From Nitrospirota bacterium (lineage in GTDB: Bacteria; Nitrospirota; Thermodesulfovibrionia; Thermodesulfovibrionales; JdFR-86): a stretch of DNA of 64,000 nt. Below the pieces are notes generated by a model. It did no database searches. It saw only the letters and a list, made by a program, of their open reading frames with translations, and was not told the origin of the DNA. The first letter of the stretch is position 1. Each line of letters starts with the position of its first letter. Made by a program: the position numbers and the translations under genes. Positions 1-7,647 of the stretch are shown here, piece by piece. The DNA lies in assembly GCA_963721805.1 (NCBI GenBank), contig CAVRJY010000001.1:128001-192000 (forward strand). The letters run 5' to 3'.

Positions 1-2
1 AC

Positions 3-527
3 GACACGGTCGGCAATGACGCCGAGCACTGCGGCTGCAAGGCCGAGAACCCTGAGCAGGCCGCGCTCGCGGAGCGGTCGTTTAGCTGGACCAAGGAGCA
101 TGCCTCGGCGCGGAGCAAGGCCTTCATGCGCTCGCTGCCCGCTGAGATCACGCTTTCGATCGAGGGCTGGGGCATCGCGCTCTTTCACGCCTCGCCGCAC
201 AAGAACAACCTCTACTGGTACGAGGACCGGCCGGATAAGTTCTTTTTGGAGATGGCGGAGAAGACGAGGGCGGACGTGCTGGTCTACGGCCATACGCACA
301 AGCCCTACCGCAGGGACATCGGCGGCAGGGTCTTCATCAACGCCGGGAGCGTCGGCAAGCCCAAGGACGGCGACCCGCGCGCGTGCGCGGCGCTGATTAC
401 GGTCACGCAACATTCCATCGAGCACGAGTTCCTGCGCGCGCCTTACGATCTGGAGAAGGTAGGTGCGGACATAGTGGCCAGCGGGCTGCCGCCGGAGTTT
501 GCCTGGAAGCTAAAAGAAGCAAAGTAA
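3..527 (+). CDS. Metallophosphoesterase family protein (5' truncated by window edge)
   Basis: Frame open from base 3 (DTVGNDAEHCGCKAE...) into ORF 126-527; motifs FHASP, YGHTHKPY, FINAGSVGKPKDGDPRA typical of calcineurin-like YfcE/MJ0936-type phosphoesterases. Confidence 0.85.
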   Translation, partial: DTVGNDAEHCGCKAENPEQAALAERSFSWTKEHASARSKAFMRSLPAEITLSIEGWGIALFHASPHKNNLYWYEDRPDKFFLEMAEKTRADVLVYGHTHKPYRRDIGGRVFINAGSVGKPKDGDPRACAALITVTQHSIEHEFLRAPYDLEKVGADIVASGLPPEFAWKLKEAK

Positions 528-540
528 GGGAACTTTTTGG

Positions 541-711
541 AAAGCGCTCCAAATCGCTTGATACTTCGTTGGGCATCGAATACTCGCCCTCTATGTACGC
601 CCAAGTACACCATCGGGCGGTCTTCTCGCCCTGCCTAGTCTGAAGACGATTTGGGCGCGCTTTCGGGGGCACGGAAGAAGGACGCCCCCCGCGCCCCACA
701 TGGTCAACGGC
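541..711 (+). repeat. Palindromic intergenic repeat, copy A
   Basis: Core 541-663 bounded by imperfect inverted repeats AAAGCGCTCCAAATCG / CGATTTGGGCGCGCTTT, tail ending GGTCAACGGC; near-identical reverse-complement copy at 43152-43324. Confidence 0.9.
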
Positions 712-794
712 TTTGATTAGAAAGGGGCCGGATGGCCCCTTTTAGGTGAGAGGTGCGATAGCGCCACGAATATTTGCCCGGGGGCGCTGCCCCC

Positions 795-1139
795 TCAGCC
801 GGGGGGCCAGCCGAATTTGCGGCCGCCGAGCAGGTGCAGGTGCAGGTGCCACACGCTCTGGCCGGCGTCGAGGTTGCAGTTCGTGACGATGCGGAAGCCG
901 CCCTCGGCCACTCCGCGCTCGCGAGCGATCTTGTTGGCGACCTGATAGAGGTGGCCCACGAGGGCGTTGTCTTCGGGCGTGAGGTCAAGCGTGCGGCTGA
1001 TGTGCTTGCGCGGGATGATGACCACGTGGGTCGGGGCCTGCGGGTTGATGTCGTCGAACGCGACCGCGAGGTCGTCGGAGTATACGAGTTTGGCCGGTAT
1101 CTTCCCGGCGGCTATCTTGCAGAATATGCAGTCCGTCAC
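795..1139 (-). CDS. hinT: Histidine triad (HIT) nucleotide-binding protein
   Basis: DCIFCKI N-terminus, [13 protein letters not shown] motif, GWPPG C-terminus. Confidence 0.95.
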   Translation of the reverse strand: MTDCIFCKIAAGKIPAKLVYSDDLAVAFDDINPQAPTHVVIIPRKHISRTLDLTPEDNALVGHLYQVANKIARERGVAEGGFRIVTNCNLDAGQSVWHLHLHLLGGRKFGWPPG

Positions 1140-1492
1140 TCGGCCCCCTTGAGGATCTCATCGGTATCCTCCGGGTTGAGCTTGCGGTAGAAGCAGGTGC
1201 GCTCGCCCGTGTGGCACGCGCCCGCTCCGTGCTGGATCACCTGCACGAGCAGCACGTCCGAGTCACAGTCATAGAGGACTTCCTTGACCTCCTGCAGGCA
1301 ACCCGAGGTCTCGCCCTTTTTCCAGTACTTCTTGCGCGAGCGCGACCAGAAGTGCGTGTACCCGGTCGTGAGCGTAAGCGCCACGGCCTTCTTGTTCATC
1401 CAGGCCATCATCATGACCTCGCCGGTGCGGGCCTCCTGCACTATCGCCGGTATCAGGCCGCTTGCGTCGAACTTAAGCTCGCTTATCTTCAT
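1136..1492 (-). CDS. hisI: Phosphoribosyl-AMP cyclohydrolase
   Basis: [29 protein letters not shown] motifs. Confidence 0.95.
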   Translation of the reverse strand: MKISELKFDASGLIPAIVQEARTGEVMMMAWMNKKAVALTLTTGYTHFWSRSRKKYWKKGETSGCLQEVKEVLYDCDSDVLLVQVIQHGAGACHTGERTCFYRKLNPEDTDEILKGAE

Positions 1493-1532
1493 ATGGATGT
1501 CCCCCCTGATCGGACTATTTTAACACTTTTTT

Positions 1533-2222
1533 TTAAAGCTCGCCCTTCCACGAGCCCGGCCTGCCGGGCAGCGCGAGCGCGGCGTCCAGCCTCTCGATGA
1601 ACTCACGAAGCGGGATCTCACGCGCGCCTAGGCTCACGAGATGCCCGGTCCTCACCTGGGCGTCGATCAGCTCGAACCCCCAGGCGTAGAGCAGTCTTAC
1701 GAGCGTGACGAACGCTACCTTCGATGCGTCCGTCTCGCGTGCGAACATCGACTCGCCGAAGAACATCCGGCCCATCGCGATGCCGTAGAGCCCGCCCACG
1801 AGGTTGCCCTCGCGCCATGCCTCGACCGAGTGCGCATAGCCCATCTCGGCCAGCCGCGTGTAGGCTGCGATCATCTCCTCGGTGATCCAGGTGGCGCCGT
1901 CGCGCTCGGTGTGCGTGGCCGCGCACGCGCGAATCGTGGCCTGGAAATCCTCGTCCATCGTCACCGTGAACTGCCCGCGCCTGATGCGAGACCCCAGGCT
2001 CCTCGATACCTTCAGCTCGCACGGGAAGAGCACCAGCCTCGGGTCAGGGCACCACCAGAGTATCGGCATCCCCTCTTCGTACCACGGGAATATGCCCATC
2101 GAGTAAGCAAGCAGGAGCCGTCTGGGCGAGAGGTCGCCTCCGACCGCTATCGGGCCGGCCGCGCAGTCCATCCCCAGCGGGGACGGAAACGCGATCGCGT
2201 CAGTTAAGCGCTCGATCCTCAT
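1533..2222 (-). CDS. aat: Leucyl/phenylalanyl-tRNA--protein transferase
   Basis: GGDLSPRRLLLAYSMGIFPW, WWCPDPR, GGLYG, FFGESMF, DASKVAF motifs. Confidence 0.95.
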   Translation of the reverse strand: MRIERLTDAIAFPSPLGMDCAAGPIAVGGDLSPRRLLLAYSMGIFPWYEEGMPILWWCPDPRLVLFPCELKVSRSLGSRIRRGQFTVTMDEDFQATIRACAATHTERDGATWITEEMIAAYTRLAEMGYAHSVEAWREGNLVGGLYGIAMGRMFFGESMFARETDASKVAFVTLVRLLYAWGFELIDAQVRTGHLVSLGAREIPLREFIERLDAALALPGRPGSWKGEL

Positions 2223-2261
2223 AGGTTCCTGATTATAACCGATTCGAGGATGAGCGCCTTT

Positions 2262-3389
2262 TCATCTAGTCCCGATACGGTAGATCTTTCCGGATGAATA
2301 ATCAGCAACGTATATCTCCCCGCGTTCGTCAAGCCCGAACGTGCTGATGGCCAGGTGTGACTCCAGGAGCACCGCCGAGCGCCACTCGCCGCCCTCCCGC
2401 CTGAGCCCGCGTATCCGGCCGGAGCAGAAATCCCCGAAGAGGTAGATCCCATCAAGCGCGGGGAAGTCCTTCCCCGTGTATGCATACCCGCCCGTGACCG
2501 AGCAGTCCCCGGCCGAGTGGTCGTATGTCGTCACGGGCATCACGAGCCCTGTGCGGTCGCATGCCGGAGCGCCGAAGCAGCTCGCGCCCTCCATTATGTT
2601 CCAGCCGTAATTCGCCCCGGCAGCGCTTTTGTTCGATGGCTGGTAGTCGATCTCCTCGTATGTGTCCTGACCGACGTCCGCGATATAGAGCGCATCGCGG
2701 TCGAATGAGTACCTCCACGGGTTTCTGAGCCCTATGGCCCAGACCTCCGTGCCGTATGGGTTTCCGGGCGGGATGCCGTAAGGTTTCTTCCCGCCCTCTG
2801 TGTCTATGCGCAGGAGCTTGCCCAGGAGCACGCGCGGGTTCTGGCCGTTTCTGTGCGGGTCGCCTCCAGAGCCCCCATCCCCGATGCCGATATAAAGGTA
2901 TCCGTCCGGGCCGAAGACGATCTGCCCCCCGTTGTGGTTGCGGTATGGCTTGGCCTGGGTGAAGATCACCTCGCCGCTCGCCGGGTCCGCAAGGTTCAGA
3001 TCGCTGGCCGAGACTCTGTATCTAGCCACCACTACCGCGCCGTCCGAGGCGCGCGTATAGTCCACGTAGAAATACCGCTTCGACGCATACGAGGGAGGAA
3101 ACGCCAGCCCGAGCAGGCCCTGCTCAGCCCCCCGCGTCGCGATCAGCCCGGATACGTCCAAGAATGGGATAGGCCGCACCATGCCGTCTTTTATTATGTG
3201 CACCGTGCCCTTGCGCCCGACCACGAACAGCCGCCCGGAACCATCCCGCGCCGACTGTATATCGGTCGGAGAGCTAAGGCCGCTGGCATAGAGCGATATC
3301 TTTATCCCCGGCCAGCCCGCGCCCCACGCAAGCGCTCCGGATGCAAGCACCGCAACGATCGCGACGGCCCAAACGATGACCTTCTTCAT
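2262..3389 (-). CDS. Secreted PQQ-dependent sugar dehydrogenase (GSDH beta-propeller)
   Basis: Signal peptide; EQGLLGLAFPP, NHNGGQIVFGPDGYLYIGIGDGG, GLRNPWR motifs. Confidence 0.9.
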   Translation of the reverse strand: MKKVIVWAVAIVAVLASGALAWGAGWPGIKISLYASGLSSPTDIQSARDGSGRLFVVGRKGTVHIIKDGMVRPIPFLDVSGLIATRGAEQGLLGLAFPPSYASKRYFYVDYTRASDGAVVVARYRVSASDLNLADPASGEVIFTQAKPYRNHNGGQIVFGPDGYLYIGIGDGGSGGDPHRNGQNPRVLLGKLLRIDTEGGKKPYGIPPGNPYGTEVWAIGLRNPWRYSFDRDALYIADVGQDTYEEIDYQPSNKSAAGANYGWNIMEGASCFGAPACDRTGLVMPVTTYDHSAGDCSVTGGYAYTGKDFPALDGIYLFGDFCSGRIRGLRREGGEWRSAVLLESHLAISTFGLDERGEIYVADYSSGKIYRIGTR

Positions 3390-3504
3390 CGCCCATTATA
3401 GGCCTCTTTGTGTCGAACGGCAAATACGATTTTTTAAAAAGGGAAAGGCGCCCGTGGCGCCCCTCACGCGCTAAGCCTTTGCCGGAGCCGATCCGCAGAG
3501 GGGC

Positions 3505-3558
3505 GGAACTGGCTCCTGGGAACTGGTTCCTAGGAACCAGTTCCTGGGAACCGGTTCC
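3505..3558. promoter_or_regulatory. Array of four 12-bp palindromes GGAAC-N2-GTTCC at 14-bp period (putative operator or packaging site)
   Basis: Units at 3505 (GGAACTGGCTCC, one mismatch), 3519, 3533, 3547; 3519-3544 is a perfect 26-bp palindrome. Function inferred only from position upstream of phage-like cluster. Confidence 0.6.
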
Positions 3559-3823
3559 CATGGACGCGTTCCGGCATGCCGTTTTAAGCTCGGTGCAGGA
3601 TGAAACGCGATAAGTCGATAGAGCTCACCCCCCGAAAGGCGGCGGCCCTTTTTCCGGTCACGGATGGGCAGCGCCCACCGGCCCGTTCATGGGCCGCCGC
3701 CCCCTCCCCGCAGGGCGAGGGCAATCAGGGGTTCGCCGCCCACCGTTGCTGCATTGAGCCGTCACTGGTCTGTCTCCCCCTTGCGGGCGACCCGATCTGC
3801 GACGCCTGTCTGGAGGGGACACT

Positions 3824-4220
3824 ATGATCCGCCTTCGCCGCATAGCCATGACCGATGATGTTTCGCTGGGTGTCCTGATCGGCGAGGCCGGCCTCCCGCT
3901 CGCGCTCACATTAGAGAGGCCCTGGCGCAACAACGCCCCTGAGGTCTCGTGCATACCGCCGGGCAGCTACACGGCCCGCCGCGTGACATCGCCGAAGTTC
4001 GGCGAGACGTTCGAGGTTACAGGCGTTCCGGGCCGCAGCCACATCCTCATGCACAAGGGCAACACCCCGGCCGATACCGAGGGATGCATATTGGTAGGGG
4101 CCCAGTGGGGCACGATAGCGGGTTGCCCGGCGGTGCTTGATGAGCAGCCAGGGCTACGGTGCGTTCATGACAGCGATGAGGGACAAACAGGAGTTTCAGC
4201 TCCTGATCGAAAACCAGTAA
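3824..4220 (+). pseudogene. DUF5675-like phage protein (putative cell-wall peptidase) with apparent +1 frameshift near 4137
   Basis: TLERPW, SCIPPGSY, VPGRSHILMHKGN, TEGCILVG motifs; family-like C-terminus (MSSQGYGAFMTAMRDKQEFQLLIENQ*) lies in the +1 frame ending TAA 4218-4220; as sequenced the ORF runs to 4234. Confidence 0.65.
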
Positions 4221-4253
4221 GGAGATGCATATGAAACAGGCAGGGACGCTCAT

Positions 4254-4562
4254 ATGATGGACGCAGAGACGTTGAGGCACGTGGCCGAGTGGGGCCCGGG
4301 GCTCCTGATCGGCGTGATGATACTGGCCGGGCTTTTCAGGCTCGCAGACCGCGTCGGGATGAGGATGGTCGCGGCCTCCGAGAGGCAGGCCGAGGCGCTT
4401 GCGGCGCAGGCCGAGGCGATGCAGGGCCTGACGACCTCGATCAGGGACTTCGTTACGCGGGACAACTCCGAGCACCGCGAGATGCTCGTGCTTTTGAGGT
4501 TCATCGCGCAGGAGCAGCAGCACTCACGCGAGCAGCAGGAGGAGGAGAAAGTTGAACACTGA
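4254..4562 (+). CDS. Small phage membrane protein (one TM helix plus coiled coil; holin/Mu gp25-like position)
   Basis: Hydrophobic segment GLLIGVMILAGLF followed by Ala/Glu/Gln-rich heptads; position between lysin-like gene and gp26-like gene. Confidence 0.6.
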   Translation: MMDAETLRHVAEWGPGLLIGVMILAGLFRLADRVGMRMVAASERQAEALAAQAEAMQGLTTSIRDFVTRDNSEHREMLVLLRFIAQEQQHSREQQEEEKVEH

Positions 4563-4848
4563 GACCGCACGCAACAGGCGCATCCGCCACGCCCTGCTTC
4601 GGATACTGAAGTCCGAGTACCCCGGGGCGATAGACACCAAGGCACTGAGGTTCGCGCTCGACAACCTCGGCTATCCCATGCCGGGCCGGGTGCTCGGGGC
4701 GCACTTGGCGTACCTCAGCGAGGGCGGCTACGTCCGCGTCGAGCAGAAGGCGGGTTTCGGGTACAGGATCGAGTTTGCGTACCTGACCAAGGAGGGCTGG
4801 GACCTCCTCGACGGCCATATCGGCGAGCGCGGGGTGGACTCCGAATGA
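4552..4848 (+). CDS. Mu gp26-like winged-helix protein
   Basis: RIRHALLRIL...LAYLSEGGYV...LTKEGWDLLDG pattern and synteny before terminase; TTG start after GGAGGAG. Confidence 0.7.
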   Translation: MNTETARNRRIRHALLRILKSEYPGAIDTKALRFALDNLGYPMPGRVLGAHLAYLSEGGYVRVEQKAGFGYRIEFAYLTKEGWDLLDGHIGERGVDSE

Positions 4849-5093
4849 GCCTCCCGAGCGAGGAAAGCATGGTGCGGGCCCTCATGAGGCAAAAACGCGC
4901 TTATGAGCTGCACTTCAAGACCAAGTCGCCCGAGATCGACAACACGGCCAATACCGCGTACGTCGCGCTGATTAAGATGATCGTCGATATCGTGCGCAAA
5001 TCCAACGAGGCCGGCCCTGAAGGCCGCGACCCCGGCGAGGCCCGCCGCAGCGTGGACGAGGTCTTGAGGACCGAGTATGGGATCGAGCGATAA
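4845..5093 (+). CDS. Short (82 aa) protein in terminase small subunit position
   Basis: ATGA-coupled to gp26-like gene and overlaps terL start; helical, ends EVLRTEYGIER like Mu-type small terminase C-termini; no obvious N-terminal HTH. Confidence 0.55.
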   Translation: MSLPSEESMVRALMRQKRAYELHFKTKSPEIDNTANTAYVALIKMIVDIVRKSNEAGPEGRDPGEARRSVDEVLRTEYGIER

Positions 5094-6345
5094 GTTGATA
5101 CTCCTGCCCTACCAGCGCCGATGGGTCAACGACCGCTCCGCGATGAAGATATGGCTCGCCGCGCGCCAGATCGGCAAGTCCTTCGCCGTGGCGATGGAGG
5201 CCGTGGACGAGGCGCGCGCGGAGAAGTGCGACAACCTCATACTCTCGTCTTCCGAGCGGCAGAGCAAGGAGGTCATGAAGAAGGTCTCCTCGCACCTCCG
5301 CGTGCTGAATGTCTTAAGCGCCGACTCGCTCGACGCCAGCCGCGAAAACCGCGAGGAGGTCGAGCTCCTAAACGGCTCGCGCATCATCTCGCTTCCGGCC
5401 TCGCCGGATACGGTGCGCGGGTTTTCAGGCAACGTCTATCTGGACGAGTTCGCTTTTCATCAGGATTCGCGCGAGATATGGCGCGCGATGTACCCGACCG
5501 TGACGCGCGGCTACAAGGTGCGCATCACCTCGACCCCCAATGGCCGCCTCAATATGTTTTATGAGCTGTATAACGCGGATGCGCGGTTTTCGCGCCACCG
5601 CACGAACATACACGACGCCGTGGCCGACGGCCTGTGCGTCGATATTCCGCTTCTAAGAGACGGGATCGGAGACCCCCAGAGCTGGGCGCAGGAGTTCGAG
5701 TGTGAGTTCGTGGACGAGGCCACCGCGCTCATTACGCTCGATGAGATCGCCTCGTGTGAAGGGGACTGCGGGCAGCTAAAAGATACGACAGGTGAGCTAT
5801 ATCTGGGCGTCGATATCGGCCGCAGCCACGACCTTACGGTCATATGGATTTTAGAGCGCGTGGGCGACGTCCTCTGGACGCGCGGGGTGCGCGAGCTGCG
5901 CAATGCCTCATTCAGCTCTCAGCGCGAGACGCTGTTTTCGCTGATCGAATCCCCAGCCGTGAAGCGCTGTTGCATGGACTCCACCGGCATCGGGGCGCAG
6001 TTAAGCGAGGAGGCCCGCGAGCGGTTCGGCACGCGGGTAGAGCCTGTGCAGTTTACGCTCCAAAGCAAGGAGGACCTCGCCGTGACCGCGCGCCGGGCGT
6101 TTGAGGACCGCACCGTGCGCATCCCCCAGGACGCCACGATCCGGCGCGACATACACAGCGTCCGGAGGTATACGACCTCGGCCGGAAACGCCCGGTTCGA
6201 CGCCAGCCGCACGACGGAGCACGCCGACCGCTTCTGGGCGCTGGCCCTCGCGCTTCACGCCGCAAAGTCCCCGGCCTTGACTCAGCCCCAATACGAGCAG
6301 ATAAGCACGCGGCAGGCTGCTATGCACCGTGCTGGCTGCTGGTAA
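5077..6345 (+). CDS. Terminase large subunit (Mu gp28-like)
   Basis: LLPYQ Q motif, ARQIGKS Walker A, VYLDE Walker B, TSTPNG, nuclease motifs LGVDIG, MDSTGIG, HADRFWALALA. Confidence 0.95.
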   Translation: MGSSDKLILLPYQRRWVNDRSAMKIWLAARQIGKSFAVAMEAVDEARAEKCDNLILSSSERQSKEVMKKVSSHLRVLNVLSADSLDASRENREEVELLNGSRIISLPASPDTVRGFSGNVYLDEFAFHQDSREIWRAMYPTVTRGYKVRITSTPNGRLNMFYELYNADARFSRHRTNIHDAVADGLCVDIPLLRDGIGDPQSWAQEFECEFVDEATALITLDEIASCEGDCGQLKDTTGELYLGVDIGRSHDLTVIWILERVGDVLWTRGVRELRNASFSSQRETLFSLIESPAVKRCCMDSTGIGAQLSEEARERFGTRVEPVQFTLQSKEDLAVTARRAFEDRTVRIPQDATIRRDIHSVRRYTTSAGNARFDASRTTEHADRFWALALALHAAKSPALTQPQYEQISTRQAAMHRAGCW

Positions 6346-6424
6346 ATGCCGATGCAAATCATCGCTTCGCTCGATTTGCATCGGGGCTATAAGGCAAATC
6401 ACATCAGGATAAGGAGGTATTAAG

Positions 6425-7645
6425 ATGGCTGTTAAAGATTCATCAGGAAAGGGCCGGTCCGGCCCCCCGCCATTGGGCGGGGTGGTGGTGGCCCCGCATT
6501 TGGGCTGGCCGACGTACCCCTCGTCCGGGCTCACGCCCGAGCGCTTAAGCGCGATATTCCGCGAGGCCGACGCCGGGGACATCTCACGCCAGATCGAGCT
6601 TTACGAGGAGATGGAGGAAAAGGACGCGCATCTTGGCGCGGTGCTCCAGACTCGCAAGCTCGCTGTGGCCGGGCTTCAGTGGGAGGTCACCCCATCAGGC
6701 ACGAGCGAGGATGCGGCTATCTCAGCCGCACTCGTTAAGGACGCGCTTGCGCATGCTGCCGGGTTTGACGAGGCGATCCTCGCTCTAGTCGACGCCGTGG
6801 GCAAGGGTTTCTCTGCGGTCGAGCTTATCTGGCGAGCGGATGCTGGCCGCGTTGCGCTCAATGCGCTTCGGCCGGTAAGCCAGCGGAGTTTTTCCTTTCT
6901 CGCACCCGATGGCCTGCCCTCTGGCGAGCCGCGCCTTTTGACCGAGGCCAACCCGGTTCGCGGCGAGGCGCTCACGCCCTTTAAGTTCGCGGTTCACGCC
7001 AACATGTCCCGCACCTCATGCCCCCAGCGCGCCGGGGTGCTCAGGCCGTGCGCATGGATGTACCTGTTTAAAAATTACACGCTCAAGGACTGGCTGATCT
7101 TCAACGAGCGGTACGCGATGCCGATGCGCATTGGCAAGTTCGGCCCGTCCGCGTCCGAGGCCGACCGCCGCGTGCTCAGAAACGCGGTCTTCAACTTGGG
7201 CGCGGACGCCGCGGCCGTGATAAGCGAGGGCACGGTGATCGAGCTCCTGGAGAGCCCCGGCAAGGGCGGCTCGGCCGACCTCTACCAGAGGCTCGCCGAG
7301 TACTGCGACGCCGCGATCTCGAAGGCCGTCCTGGGCCAGACGCTAACGACCGAACAGACCGGCGGGACGTACGCCACCGCGCGAGTCCACGAGGGCGTGC
7401 GCGAGGACATCACCGCGGCCGACGCCCGCGCGCTCGAGCGCACGATAACGAGCCAGATCATCAGGCCGCTCGTGGAGTTCAACCTCGGCCCCGGCGCGCC
7501 GCTTCCCCGCTTCAGGTTCCTTATGGCGGAGGAAGAAGACCTAAAGACGCTGGCCGAGACCTACTCGACCTTAAGCGCGATGGGGGTCTCGATCCCTGAC
7601 GCCCACATCCGCGAGCGCTTCGGCATACCCGCAGGAGGCAACTAG
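6425..7645 (+). CDS. Portal protein (Mu gp29 / DUF935)
   Basis: GLTPERL, EMEEKDAHL, ERYAMPMRIGK, ISKAVLGQTLTT motifs; RBS TAAGGAGG. Confidence 0.92.
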   Translation: MAVKDSSGKGRSGPPPLGGVVVAPHLGWPTYPSSGLTPERLSAIFREADAGDISRQIELYEEMEEKDAHLGAVLQTRKLAVAGLQWEVTPSGTSEDAAISAALVKDALAHAAGFDEAILALVDAVGKGFSAVELIWRADAGRVALNALRPVSQRSFSFLAPDGLPSGEPRLLTEANPVRGEALTPFKFAVHANMSRTSCPQRAGVLRPCAWMYLFKNYTLKDWLIFNERYAMPMRIGKFGPSASEADRRVLRNAVFNLGADAAAVISEGTVIELLESPGKGGSADLYQRLAEYCDAAISKAVLGQTLTTEQTGGTYATARVHEGVREDITAADARALERTITSQIIRPLVEFNLGPGAPLPRFRFLMAEEEDLKTLAETYSTLSAMGVSIPDAHIRERFGIPAGGN

Positions 7646-7647
7646 AC

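Noticed and set aside
3505..3558. Canonical LexA/SOS box or mini-CRISPR
   Set aside because: Spacing is GAAC-N2-GTTC rather than N4; units separated by only 2 nt
3410..3827. Short ORFs 3410-3613 and 3600-3827 as phage regulatory genes
   Set aside because: No RBS or recognisable motifs; they run through the palindrome array and hairpins
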